Source: a virus. Taken from it: a stretch of 64,000 nucleotides of DNA. The notes beneath the pieces are model-generated. The model saw only the letters and a program-made list of their open reading frames with translations, made no database searches and had not been told where the DNA came from. The position numbers and the translations under genes are program-made. Numbering within the stretch: the first letter of the stretch is position 1; every line of letters starts with the position of its first letter. The stretch covers positions 1-64,000 of the IMG/VR virus record IMGVR_UViG_3300003690_003472. One strand, written 5' to 3'. This document shows, one piece after another, positions 16,236 to 26,053 of this stretch.

Positions 16236-17501
16236 ATGAGTAAAAAAATTAAGATCATGACACTCGGTGACATGCCTTTTGCTCCATCTGGAGTTGGAAC
16301 ACAAACAAGATATATTGTTGAAGCAATGCTAAAGACTAACAAATATAAATTTATTAGTCTCGGCGGTGCCATGAAGCACCAGAACAACAACCCAATTAAA
16401 ACTGAAGAATGGGGCGAAGATTGGATTACTATTCCTGTCGAAGGATATGGAAATCAAGATATGGTACGTTCTATTATAAGGCAGGAAAAACCAGACATTC
16501 TTTGGTTTATGACCGATCCCCGATTTTGGGGATGGTTGTGGGAAATAGAAAACGAAATTAGACCATTGCTCCCAATGATTTATTATCACGTGTGGGACAA
16601 CAAGCCATATCCCACTTTTAATAAACAATATTATGAATCAAACGATTTTATTGCAGCTATTTCTAAAGTAACATATGATATTGTTAAAAAGGTTGCTCCT
16701 AGCGTTAAGTCATCATATGTACCACACGCCGTTAATACCAAGTTTTTTAAGAGATATGAAAAAGATGAGATAAAAACCTTTGCTAAGAATAGTTTTAAAG
16801 ATTTGTACGATTCTGAAAGATTTATTTTTTTCTGGAATAATAGAAATGCTCGTCGCAAACAAAGTGGATCTTTAATTTTTTGGTTTAAGTCGTTTTTAGA
16901 TAAAATTGGTAAAGATAAAGCATGTTTGATAATGCACACAGAGGTTAAAGATCAACATGGACAAGACTTGGAGGCAATAATTAATCATTTGGGCTTAACT
17001 AATGGAGAGGTACTATTTTCTCAACAAAAAGTAGAACCACAAGTTTTGGCTTTAATGTATAATATATCTGATTGCACTATTAATGTAGCTGACGCTGAAG
17101 GGTTTGGTTTGGCAACGTTAGAATCTTTAGCGTGTGAAACACCAATTATAGTTAATATGACAGGAGGCCTACAAGAGCAAGTTACTGATGGTGAAAATTG
17201 GTTTGGAATAGGAGTATATCCAACTTCAAAGGGAATTATAGGCTCTCAGCACATTCCATGGATTTACGAAGATAGACTTTCTGAAGAAGTTGTTGTAGAT
17301 GCGATGTTAAAGATTTATAATATGTCAAAAGAAGAACGCAGAGCATTAGGAGTTGCAGGAAGAAATCATGTTATGAAGAATTATAATTTTGATAATTTTT
17401 GTAACCAATGGGATGAAATATTTACAACAATATATAATGAAATGGGTTCGTGGGAAAATAGAAAACCATATCAAAATTGGATACTTAAGGAGATACAATG
17501 A
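16236..17501 (+). CDS. Glycosyltransferase family 4 (GT-B)
   Basis: RNARRKQ and AEGFGLATLESLACETP (ExF/GxxxxE motif). Confidence 0.9.
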   Translation: MSKKIKIMTLGDMPFAPSGVGTQTRYIVEAMLKTNKYKFISLGGAMKHQNNNPIKTEEWGEDWITIPVEGYGNQDMVRSIIRQEKPDILWFMTDPRFWGWLWEIENEIRPLLPMIYYHVWDNKPYPTFNKQYYESNDFIAAISKVTYDIVKKVAPSVKSSYVPHAVNTKFFKRYEKDEIKTFAKNSFKDLYDSERFIFFWNNRNARRKQSGSLIFWFKSFLDKIGKDKACLIMHTEVKDQHGQDLEAIINHLGLTNGEVLFSQQKVEPQVLALMYNISDCTINVADAEGFGLATLESLACETPIIVNMTGGLQEQVTDGENWFGIGVYPTSKGIIGSQHIPWIYEDRLSEEVVVDAMLKIYNMSKEERRALGVAGRNHVMKNYNFDNFCNQWDEIFTTIYNEMGSWENRKPYQNWILKEIQ

Positions 17502-19474
17502 AAAAAAAAGTATTAGTCAGAGGCCCAGTATTAACTCGATCTGGCTATGGGGAACATGTGAGATTTTTATTAAGAGCGCTCAGACAACATGAAGATAAGT
17601 TTGATATATATTTAATACCTCTTCCATGGGGAAAGTGTGGTTGGATTTATGAAGACAACGAAGAGCGCCGCTGGCTAGATAGTTTAATTAAGAAAACAGC
17701 CGTTTATCAAAACCTCGGAGAAAAAAACGCATATGACATGAGTATTCAAGTTACAATACCAAACGAGTGGCAACCTCTAGCACCAATAAATGTTGGTGTT
17801 ACTGCTGGTATCGAAACTAATAAAGTTTCACCAATATGGTTGGAGCGCACAAATTTAATGGATCGGATTATAACAATTTCTAATCATTCAAAACATGGTC
17901 TTCTTAATACAGCTTACAACGGAGTACACAAACAAACGGGACAACCAGTGATACTTAAATGTGAAAAAGATGTTTCAATTGTACATTATCCTGTGAAACA
18001 GTTTCAAGACACCAATTTTAATTTGAACTTAGATACTGATTTTAATTTTCTTACCGTATCTCAGTGGGGCCCAAGAAAAAATTTAGAAAATACAATTATA
18101 TGGTTTGTTGAAGAGTTTATTGATAATCCAGAAGTTGGTTTGATTGTAAAAACTTTTACACATGGAAATTCTATTGAAGATCGTTATAGGGTAGAAGAGA
18201 ATTTATCTAATTTATTAAATAAACATAAAAATAGAAAATGCAAAATATATCTTCTTCATGGCGATATAAAAGAAGAAGATATGCACTCTATTTATAAAAA
18301 TCCTAAAGTTAAGGCGTTAATTTCTTTGTCTCACGGAGAAGGGTTTGGTCTTCCGTTGTTTGAAGCTGCATATTCTGGTATGCCTGTTTTAGCACCAGAA
18401 TGGAGTGGTCATGTAGATTTTCTTTGTGCGCCTAAAAAAGATAATAAAACGGGCAAAGAAAAAATAAGACCCCACTTTGCTAGAATAGATTACGATATAC
18501 AGCCGGTGGGAGAGGAATCGCGATGGGAAGGAGTTATAGAAGCTGATGCAATGTGGTGTTTTCCGCAGCAAGGTTCTTATAAAATGAAACTAAGAGAAGT
18601 CTATAAAGAATATGGAAGATACAAAAAACAAGCAAAGAAACTTCAAAGTTGGGTTTTAAAAGAATTTAATGAACAAAAGCAATACGATAAGTTTGTAGAA
18701 GCGATATCGGGAGAAAAAGTTGTAACAGTGTCGACAGAAGATCTTCCCAAGGTATCAATTATAACTTCTGTTTATAATGGTGATGAATTTATAAGACCAT
18801 TTTTAGAAGATATTACTAGACAGAGTATCTTTGAAGATAAGTGTGAATTAATTTTAGTTAATGCCAATTCTCCAGGAAACGAAGAAGAAGTCATTAATGA
18901 ATATATAGAAAAATATCCTGATAATATAGTTTATAGAAAGCTTGATGCTGATCCTGGCATTTACGGTACGTGGAATGTTGGTATAGAAATGTCTAGTGGG
19001 GAATATTTGACAAATGCAAACTTAGATGATAGAAAACATAAAAATTCTTTGGAAGTTCATGCGAAAACACTTTTCTTAGACGAAGATGTTGATTTAGTTT
19101 ATGCAGATATGTTCATGACCGATAAACCAAACGAAACTTGGGAAAACAATTCTTCAAACAATAGAGCTTATAATTTTCCAGAATATTCTTTTGAAAATTT
19201 GAAAATGGTCAACATGCCGCATGCTTCTCCTATGTGGAGAAAATCAATTCATAAAAATTGTGGTCTTTTTAGTCAAAAATATCGCTCCGCAGGAGATTGG
19301 GAGATGTGGCTAAGAGCAGCGTCTAAAGGATCTAAATTTAAAAAGATCGACGATACGTTGGGTCTTTATTATTTTAATCCAAAAGGCATATCAACAAATA
19401 CAGAAAACTTCTCTTGGAAGAAAAAAGAAGAAGAGGAAATATATGAAACATATATAAACATGAAGGTAGAGTAA
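17498..19474 (+). CDS. Bifunctional glycosyltransferase, GT4 plus GT2
   Basis: N-half HGEGFGLPLFEAAYSG. C-half PKVSIITSVYN...TNANLDD...GDWEMWLR. Confidence 0.9.
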   Translation: MKKKVLVRGPVLTRSGYGEHVRFLLRALRQHEDKFDIYLIPLPWGKCGWIYEDNEERRWLDSLIKKTAVYQNLGEKNAYDMSIQVTIPNEWQPLAPINVGVTAGIETNKVSPIWLERTNLMDRIITISNHSKHGLLNTAYNGVHKQTGQPVILKCEKDVSIVHYPVKQFQDTNFNLNLDTDFNFLTVSQWGPRKNLENTIIWFVEEFIDNPEVGLIVKTFTHGNSIEDRYRVEENLSNLLNKHKNRKCKIYLLHGDIKEEDMHSIYKNPKVKALISLSHGEGFGLPLFEAAYSGMPVLAPEWSGHVDFLCAPKKDNKTGKEKIRPHFARIDYDIQPVGEESRWEGVIEADAMWCFPQQGSYKMKLREVYKEYGRYKKQAKKLQSWVLKEFNEQKQYDKFVEAISGEKVVTVSTEDLPKVSIITSVYNGDEFIRPFLEDITRQSIFEDKCELILVNANSPGNEEEVINEYIEKYPDNIVYRKLDADPGIYGTWNVGIEMSSGEYLTNANLDDRKHKNSLEVHAKTLFLDEDVDLVYADMFMTDKPNETWENNSSNNRAYNFPEYSFENLKMVNMPHASPMWRKSIHKNCGLFSQKYRSAGDWEMWLRAASKGSKFKKIDDTLGLYYFNPKGISTNTENFSWKKKEEEEIYETYINMKVE

Positions 19475-19481
19475 TTTAATT

Positions 19482-20144
19482 ATGAAATTAATAACTTTTT
19501 CCTTATGGGGAGCAGATCCAAAATATTTGAACGGCGCCCTAAGAAATGCAGAATTGGCTAAAGAAATATATCCAGGATGGATTTGTAGATTTTATATTGC
19601 AGAAAGTGTGCCAATTGGCTATAGAATAAAATTAAAACAATACGATAATGTTGAAATAGTAGAAAAATTAGAATGGGGTGACTGGACGTCTATGTTTTGG
19701 CGCTTTGAGCCTGCGGGCCACCCCGATGTGGAAGTCATGATATCTCGCGATTCTGATTCTCGTCTTAATTACAGAGAAAAGCACGCGGTTGATGAGTGGT
19801 TAAAAAGCGACAAAGGCTTTCATATTATGAGGGATCACCCGTGGCATAAATATCCTGTTTTAGGCGGGATGTGGGGCGCCAAACAAGGCGCAATACCAGA
19901 AATGCAAAAATTATTAAATCAATGGAAATTAAAAAATGAATATGGTAATGACTATATTTTCTTTGCTGAATTGGTGCTTCCTGCTGTAGGTGATAATGTA
20001 ATAGTACATGATGAGTTTTTTGATAAAAAGCCCTTCCCTGTGCCACGAAAAAATTATGAATTTGTTGGCCAAGTGTTTGATGAGAACGAAAACACCATTG
20101 AAGAACATGTAGAGGTCTTAAGGAAATACTTAGGTGGAAAGTAA
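19482..20144 (+). CDS. Putative GT-A-like glycan-modifying protein
   Basis: ITFSLWG..PKY, MFWRF, ISRDSDSR (DxD) and MRDHP.H....GGMWG. Island context. Confidence 0.5.
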   Translation: MKLITFSLWGADPKYLNGALRNAELAKEIYPGWICRFYIAESVPIGYRIKLKQYDNVEIVEKLEWGDWTSMFWRFEPAGHPDVEVMISRDSDSRLNYREKHAVDEWLKSDKGFHIMRDHPWHKYPVLGGMWGAKQGAIPEMQKLLNQWKLKNEYGNDYIFFAELVLPAVGDNVIVHDEFFDKKPFPVPRKNYEFVGQVFDENENTIEEHVEVLRKYLGGK

Positions 20145-20865
20145 AAAAAAATTATACATTCACCACCACTTAGGCTTAGGCGATCATTTAGATTGTAACG
20201 GAATGATACGTTACATGTTAAAAAACGAACAATATGATAATATTTGTGTTTTTGCAAAAAGCAATTATTTTAATTTAATTAAATATATGTTTCGCGACGA
20301 GCCTAAAATTTCTTTGATAAAGATAGATAAAAACAGAGAATACGAAGAAGTTAACAAATATATACAAAAAAATAATATTTCTAACCTTCTTCGTGTTGGC
20401 CACGAAAATTATCCATGGGGCCAAGAAGAAATATTGGGCCTAGGCTGCGCTGAAATATTTTATAAACAAGTAAACATAGATTACGAAGAGAGATTTAAAA
20501 GCTTTTATTATGAAAGAGACGATGAGGAGGAGCAAAGAGTTTATGAAAAATTAAATCCAAACAACGAAGATTTTGCTTTTGTTCATGATGACCAATCTCG
20601 TGGATTTTTAATAACAGATTTTATGGTATATAAATTGTTTGGCAAGAGAATCAAAATAGTTAGAAACGATGCTTCAGAAAACATATTTCATTTTACTAAA
20701 ATTTTGGAAGAAGCAAAACAAATACATTGTATGGAAAGCTGCTTTAGGTCGTTGGTAGAAACAACAGAAACTAAAGGAGATTTATTTTTTCATAATTTTC
20801 GCGCCGGAGCATCTGGTTATTTAGGCAAGAGCACGATAAAGCCGTGGAAAGAAGTAAAATGGTAA
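20134..20865 (+). CDS. Putative glycosyltransferase (GT-B, fucosyltransferase-like start motif)
   Basis: HHLGLGDHL N-terminal motif and island context. GTG start. Confidence 0.45.
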   Translation: MESKKKLYIHHHLGLGDHLDCNGMIRYMLKNEQYDNICVFAKSNYFNLIKYMFRDEPKISLIKIDKNREYEEVNKYIQKNNISNLLRVGHENYPWGQEEILGLGCAEIFYKQVNIDYEERFKSFYYERDDEEEQRVYEKLNPNNEDFAFVHDDQSRGFLITDFMVYKLFGKRIKIVRNDASENIFHFTKILEEAKQIHCMESCFRSLVETTETKGDLFFHNFRAGASGYLGKSTIKPWKEVKW

Positions 20866-21725
20866 AATTTATATGTTACAATTGGATGCCAATTGTTGCA
20901 GATCATGTATTAGATATATCTATAGAAGAATATTCAAAAGCGGGCGTCTCACCCCTTCACAATAAACAAAATTTCAACCCCCACCATGTTAAGGATGACG
21001 ATTTAATTTTTGTTAAAACAGATTTTATTGTTAATGGCAGGTTCCAAAGAGAGTTTTTAAATAAAATATACAAACGATTTAGTATAATCACGGGCGTTTC
21101 TTCTTATAACCTTGGCAGAGACGGTGGTGACATATATAAATATGTTTTAGATCACCCAAATTTGAATAAATGGTTTTGTACAAACCCCCCCAACACTGAA
21201 AGTAACAAAATTGTTCCTCTACCAATTGGTTTTGAGGAGCCTTCCAGAATTGGCGGAAACCAAGATATGCTTGAAAAGATTTTTAATTCTAGGACCGCAA
21301 GAGAAAAAAAGAAAGATAAAATACTTTTGCCTTTTCATAATATGTCTACTAATTCAGAAAGACAAAATCTATATAACTCTCTTAAGGAGCTACCCTTTGT
21401 GGAGCACCAAGACACGAGTTTGCCAATAGAAGAATATTTGAAACGTTTAGATCAATATAAATTTATTATTTGTCTGCCCGGAAGAGGCCCTGATATTCAT
21501 AGAAACTACGAAGCAATGCTCGTTGGGTCAATTCCAATTAATGTTGAAGGTCCAACCAAAAAAGTTTTTGATTATCATAATGCAACAGCAGCCTTTCTGG
21601 AGTCTTGGGGTTCCCTAGATGAAAATGTGTTTAATAAATTGCTGGAAACAAAGTATAATATTGAAAACAATGATGAATTTCTCAAGCTTGAAAATCACAT
21701 TTCTATAATAAAGGACTTAATATGA
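20859..21725 (+). CDS. Exostosin/GT47-like glycosyltransferase
   Basis: YKFIICLPGRGPDIHRNYEAMLVGSIP matches the exostosin-like C-terminal motif. ATG 20859 preferred over GTG 20844. Confidence 0.6.
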   Translation: MVKFICYNWMPIVADHVLDISIEEYSKAGVSPLHNKQNFNPHHVKDDDLIFVKTDFIVNGRFQREFLNKIYKRFSIITGVSSYNLGRDGGDIYKYVLDHPNLNKWFCTNPPNTESNKIVPLPIGFEEPSRIGGNQDMLEKIFNSRTAREKKKDKILLPFHNMSTNSERQNLYNSLKELPFVEHQDTSLPIEEYLKRLDQYKFIICLPGRGPDIHRNYEAMLVGSIPINVEGPTKKVFDYHNATAAFLESWGSLDENVFNKLLETKYNIENNDEFLKLENHISIIKDLI

Positions 21726-22108
21726 AAATTGAAGTGTCGATAGGCGAGGTTGTTGATAAGATCACAATTTTACAAATAAAAAAGGAAAAAATCGACGACG
21801 AAATAAAACTCAAATATATTAATGAAGAGCTAGCAATATTAAAAGAGTCTTTAGAAAAAGAAAATATCGAATTACCAAAAAGATTGGTAAGAAATTTAAA
21901 AAATATTAACGAGCTTCTGTGGGACGCAGAAGACACTATTAGGTTAAAAGAAAAAAATAATCTTTTTGATGAAGAGTTTGTTAATTGTGCGAGGCTAGAT
22001 GCACAATTAAACGATAAGAGATTTTTAGCTAAAAATAAAATAAACAATTATTGTAATTCTCTAATTAAGGAACAAAAATCATATGATAGACTTTATTCCG
22101 CAGATTGA
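21722..22108 (+). CDS. DUF6165-like conserved protein
   Basis: IEVSIGEVVDKITILQIKKEKI ... ND.RF..K..IN (family name from recall). Confidence 0.65.
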   Translation: MKIEVSIGEVVDKITILQIKKEKIDDEIKLKYINEELAILKESLEKENIELPKRLVRNLKNINELLWDAEDTIRLKEKNNLFDEEFVNCARLDAQLNDKRFLAKNKINNYCNSLIKEQKSYDRLYSAD

Positions 22109-23183
22109 GCCATGGATTGATGAGCGCGAGTTGTTTTATTTAAAACAAGTAGTTGAGTCGACATATGTAACAGAACACAACTTAACAAAAAATTTTGAAA
22201 ATAGAATCAAAGACCTAACCGGTTCTAAGCATGCAATTGCTTATACAAACGGAACAGCTGCTCTATATGCTTGTCTTAAAGCGGTTGGCGTTGGCCCGGG
22301 CGACGAAGTTATTGTACCAAACATGACTTTTATTGCCACTTCGAATGCCGTACTGATGGCTGGAGCCGCCCCTGTTTTTTGTGAAATATCGGAAACTACT
22401 TTATGTATTGATCCAAGAAACATAATAGATTTAATCACAAATAAAACAAAAGCAATAATACCTGTACATTTGTATGGCCAAAGCGCAGATATGCATGTAA
22501 TAATGAAAATAGCCAATGAAAATGGATTGTTTATTATTGAAGACGCCGCGCAGAGCATTGGTGTAGATTTTGACAATAAACACACAGGAACATATGGCGA
22601 TCTAGGTATTTTATCTTTCTATGGAAATAAAACAATCACATGCGGCGAAGGCGGTATCATATTAACAAATGACGATAAGCTAAAAGACATATGTTATAGA
22701 TTAAAAAACCACGGAAGAGATAAAAAGGGAGTATTTGTTCATGACCATATAGGGTTTAATTTTTGTTTTACGGAAATGCAAGCTGCTATTGGCCTTGCAC
22801 AATTAGATAAACTACCGGCAATAATAGAAAGAAAAAAAGAAATTTATGACATCTATCACAAAAAGCTAGCGGATCTAAGTGAAAATCTTAAGCCCATAAT
22901 GATTGATCGACGAACAAAACCGGTTCACTGGTTTACTTCATTTCTAACAGAAGAAAAAAATCAATTACAAAGATATCTAAAAAACAAAAATATTCAGACG
23001 AGAGATTTTTTTTATCCATTAAATATGCAGCCTTGTTATGGTAATATAACGAAGAAAGCATTCCCAATTAGCAAGAAGGCTTATTGCGAGGGCATATCAT
23101 TGCCGTCTTCTTACAATTTAAGAGACGAACAACAAGAATATATAATAGATTCTATTTTTGAGTTTTATGGAAAGTTACGATGA
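22083..23183 (+). CDS. DegT/DnrJ/EryC1/StrS aminotransferase (perosamine-synthase-like)
   Basis: IEDAAQS, SFYGNKTITCGEGG (PLP Lys) and PVHLYG. Confidence 0.9.
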   Translation: MIDFIPQIEPWIDERELFYLKQVVESTYVTEHNLTKNFENRIKDLTGSKHAIAYTNGTAALYACLKAVGVGPGDEVIVPNMTFIATSNAVLMAGAAPVFCEISETTLCIDPRNIIDLITNKTKAIIPVHLYGQSADMHVIMKIANENGLFIIEDAAQSIGVDFDNKHTGTYGDLGILSFYGNKTITCGEGGIILTNDDKLKDICYRLKNHGRDKKGVFVHDHIGFNFCFTEMQAAIGLAQLDKLPAIIERKKEIYDIYHKKLADLSENLKPIMIDRRTKPVHWFTSFLTEEKNQLQRYLKNKNIQTRDFFYPLNMQPCYGNITKKAFPISKKAYCEGISLPSSYNLRDEQQEYIIDSIFEFYGKLR

Positions 23184-24337
23184 TACCGTTAGTAAAAGAT
23201 ACAATTAATAAAAATGACATCGATAAACTTATTGAATGGTTAAAAACTTATCCGCACCTAACAAAAGGAAAGTTAACTGTAGAATTTGAGAAAAAGTGGT
23301 CAGAAATGTTGGACTGTAAATATTCGCTTTTTGTTAATTCCGGATCATCAGCAAATCTATTGATATTATATAGTCTTATTGAATCTGGACAACTGCAAGC
23401 TGGAGATAAAGTAATAGTGCCAGCAGTCTCATGGTCAACTGATTTGGCACCCGTTGTGCAACTTGGTTTGGATCCGGTTTTGTGCGATTGTAACATGAAA
23501 GATCTGTCAGTCGATATTGATTATATGGAAGAGATTATAAAAACACAAAAACCCAAAGCTTTAATGCTTGTGTCCGTTTTGGGTTTGGTGCCAGAGATGG
23601 AACAAATTGTAAATTTATGTGATGTAAATAATATTATTCTGTTAGAAGATGCTTGCGAGTCTTTAGGTTCCTCTTTTAATAATAAAAAAATTGGCACTTT
23701 TGGGTTGATGTCTTCTTTTTCAACTTATTTTGGCCACCACATATCAACCATTGAAGGCGGGATTGTGTGCACCGATAATAAAAACATATTTAATATTCTA
23801 AAGAGCATTAGAAGCCATGGTTGGGACAGAGACATGAACAAAAATCAAAAGACTGCGTTGAGGAAAAAGCACGCTGTTGACGATTTTGAGTCGTTGTATA
23901 AATTTTATTATTATGGATTTAATGTTAGATCTACTGATCTACAGGCTTTTCTTGGCCTAGGGCAGCTAGATAAATTAAACTTAATTGTAGAAAATAGAAA
24001 TAAAAACTATAGTTTATATCGTAAGTTGATAAAAAATGATTTTTGGACAGCCCCCAAATCTGTTGATAATTCCTTTATTTCTAATTTTGCTTTTCCTGTG
24101 ATACACCCGGACAGGAAAAAGATTGTTGATGCTTTATATAATAATCACATTGCAATTAGGCCATTGTTATGTGGATCCTTATCAAAACAGCCATTTTGGC
24201 AAAAGAAATATCCACCGGTCGAATTAAAAAATGCAGACATGGTTGATAGTCTTGGCTTTTATTTACCAAACAATCATCAGATCGAAGAGAAAGAAATAGA
24301 ATTAATTTGTGATATAATTAATCATGTGATCTGTTAG
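23180..24337 (+). CDS. colD: GDP-4-keto-6-deoxymannose 3-dehydratase (ColD-like)
   Basis: DegT fold with His replacing the catalytic Lys: STYFGHHISTIEGG versus SFYGNKTITCGEGG in the neighbouring gene. Also VNSGSSANL and SIRSHGW. Confidence 0.75.
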   Translation: MIPLVKDTINKNDIDKLIEWLKTYPHLTKGKLTVEFEKKWSEMLDCKYSLFVNSGSSANLLILYSLIESGQLQAGDKVIVPAVSWSTDLAPVVQLGLDPVLCDCNMKDLSVDIDYMEEIIKTQKPKALMLVSVLGLVPEMEQIVNLCDVNNIILLEDACESLGSSFNNKKIGTFGLMSSFSTYFGHHISTIEGGIVCTDNKNIFNILKSIRSHGWDRDMNKNQKTALRKKHAVDDFESLYKFYYYGFNVRSTDLQAFLGLGQLDKLNLIVENRNKNYSLYRKLIKNDFWTAPKSVDNSFISNFAFPVIHPDRKKIVDALYNNHIAIRPLLCGSLSKQPFWQKKYPPVELKNADMVDSLGFYLPNNHQIEEKEIELICDIINHVIC

Positions 24338-24381
24338 ATATAGGAATTAAAAAAATATCTATTATAACGAAAGAAGAAAGA

Positions 24382-25113
24382 ATGATCCTGTCGAAAGGAG
24401 AAAAAAAATTAGTCTCGGTTATTTTACCATCTAGAAAAAGATTTAATATGCTTTTAAAGAGCCTACGGTCGGTATATGAAACAGCAGCGAATGCATCACA
24501 ACTTGAAACAATTATACGATTTGATGACGACGACAAAGAAAGTATTAAAAGAATACCCGAGCTTCCGTTTACAAAAATGAACTTGCGCGTTATTATAGGG
24601 CCTCGATTGAGAGGGTATTTTGATCTAAACAAGTTCATCAACGAATGCTGTGGCGTGTCCCGCGGAGAATTTTTATTTTTATTTAATGATGATTCAACTA
24701 TAGTTACAGAACACTGGGATAAAGAATTGGAAAAATATAAAGGAGAGATTGTTGTATTAAACCCAGATACTAATGACGACGCACAACAATATAATACCTT
24801 TCCAATTGTTAGTCGCGGAATATATGAGTTGGTGGGCCATTTTTCTTTGCAAGCTCATAGTGATGCATGGGTATCTCATATTGGGAAAAAACTAAATATA
24901 GAAAAACATGTTAATATTGAAATATTTCACGATAGGCCAGATAATCCAAACTTTACTGGCACAAAAGAAAAAATATTAGAAGACATAACTTGGAAAGAAA
25001 GATCCGACACCTTCCCAAAATCAGCAAAAGAGTTTTTTTCTCAAAAATTTCAGCAGCTGATACAAGAGGACGTTCTAAATATATATACAAACTTATTAAA
25101 GAAAGGATTATAA
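24382..25113 (+). CDS. Glycosyltransferase family 2-like
   Basis: VSVILPSR..., FLFLFNDD. Confidence 0.75.
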   Translation: MILSKGEKKLVSVILPSRKRFNMLLKSLRSVYETAANASQLETIIRFDDDDKESIKRIPELPFTKMNLRVIIGPRLRGYFDLNKFINECCGVSRGEFLFLFNDDSTIVTEHWDKELEKYKGEIVVLNPDTNDDAQQYNTFPIVSRGIYELVGHFSLQAHSDAWVSHIGKKLNIEKHVNIEIFHDRPDNPNFTGTKEKILEDITWKERSDTFPKSAKEFFSQKFQQLIQEDVLNIYTNLLKKGL

Positions 25114-25125
25114 AAATAATATACA

Positions 25126-26034
25126 ATGAGGTTTAAAAAAACACTTATAACAGGCGCCCATGGATTAGTTGGATGTACGATACCCTCAGATTTTCGCCCA
25201 ACATCAAAAGAATTAAATTTAATGAATTTCGACAGGACTGTAGAATACTTAAATTCAAACAGCATTGACTCTATTATACATTGTGGTGCAAAAGTTGGCG
25301 GAATAGGGGGAAATCTAGATACCCCGGGCGCATTTTTTTATGAAAACATTATGATAAATACTAATATTCTAGAAGCGGCAAGGGTGTGCGGTGTTAAAAA
25401 GGTTGTTTCTTTTTTGTCTACTTGTGTTTTTCCCGCCGCGGCTACATATCCAATAACACCCGAGCAGATTCACACCGGTGCCCCCCATATTACTAATTAT
25501 CCTTATGCATATGCCAAAAGAATGGCTGATATTATGGGCAGAGCCTATCGAAAGCAGTATGGATCTAATTTTGTAACTGTTGTGCCATGTAATGCTTATG
25601 GACCTAACGATAATTTTAATATAAGAACAAGTCACGTAATTCCTTCTATTATACATAAATGTTATTTAGCTAAAAAAAACCATACTGATCTTAATCTTTG
25701 GGGCGCAGGCAAGGCTCTCCGCGAATTTATTTATTCTAAAGATCTTGGAGTATTAGCATCTTGGGTATTAGAAAACTATGATGATTTAACCCCTCTTATC
25801 TTATCTGTTGATAAAGAAGTTAGTATTGACAATATTACTAAAATAATATGTAAAGAACTTGATTTTTTTGGAGAAATTGTGTACGATAAACAAATGGAAG
25901 GACAACATAGAAAGCCTTCTGATAGTTCAAAATTAAGATCTTTGCTTCCAAATTTTGAATTTACCCCAATCGAAGATGGGCTAGCAGAAACAATTAAGTG
26001 GTTTATAAAAAATTACGAGACGTGCAGAAAGTAA
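25126..26034 (+). CDS. fcl: GDP-L-fucose synthase (epimerase/reductase; could act as ColC)
   Basis: TGAHGLVG, AKVGGI..N, FLSTCVFP, YAYAKR, NAYGPNDNF and WG.G...REF. Confidence 0.9.
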   Translation: MRFKKTLITGAHGLVGCTIPSDFRPTSKELNLMNFDRTVEYLNSNSIDSIIHCGAKVGGIGGNLDTPGAFFYENIMINTNILEAARVCGVKKVVSFLSTCVFPAAATYPITPEQIHTGAPHITNYPYAYAKRMADIMGRAYRKQYGSNFVTVVPCNAYGPNDNFNIRTSHVIPSIIHKCYLAKKNHTDLNLWGAGKALREFIYSKDLGVLASWVLENYDDLTPLILSVDKEVSIDNITKIICKELDFFGEIVYDKQMEGQHRKPSDSSKLRSLLPNFEFTPIEDGLAETIKWFIKNYETCRK

Positions 26035-26053
26035 ACAACAAAAAGGTCTTAAT

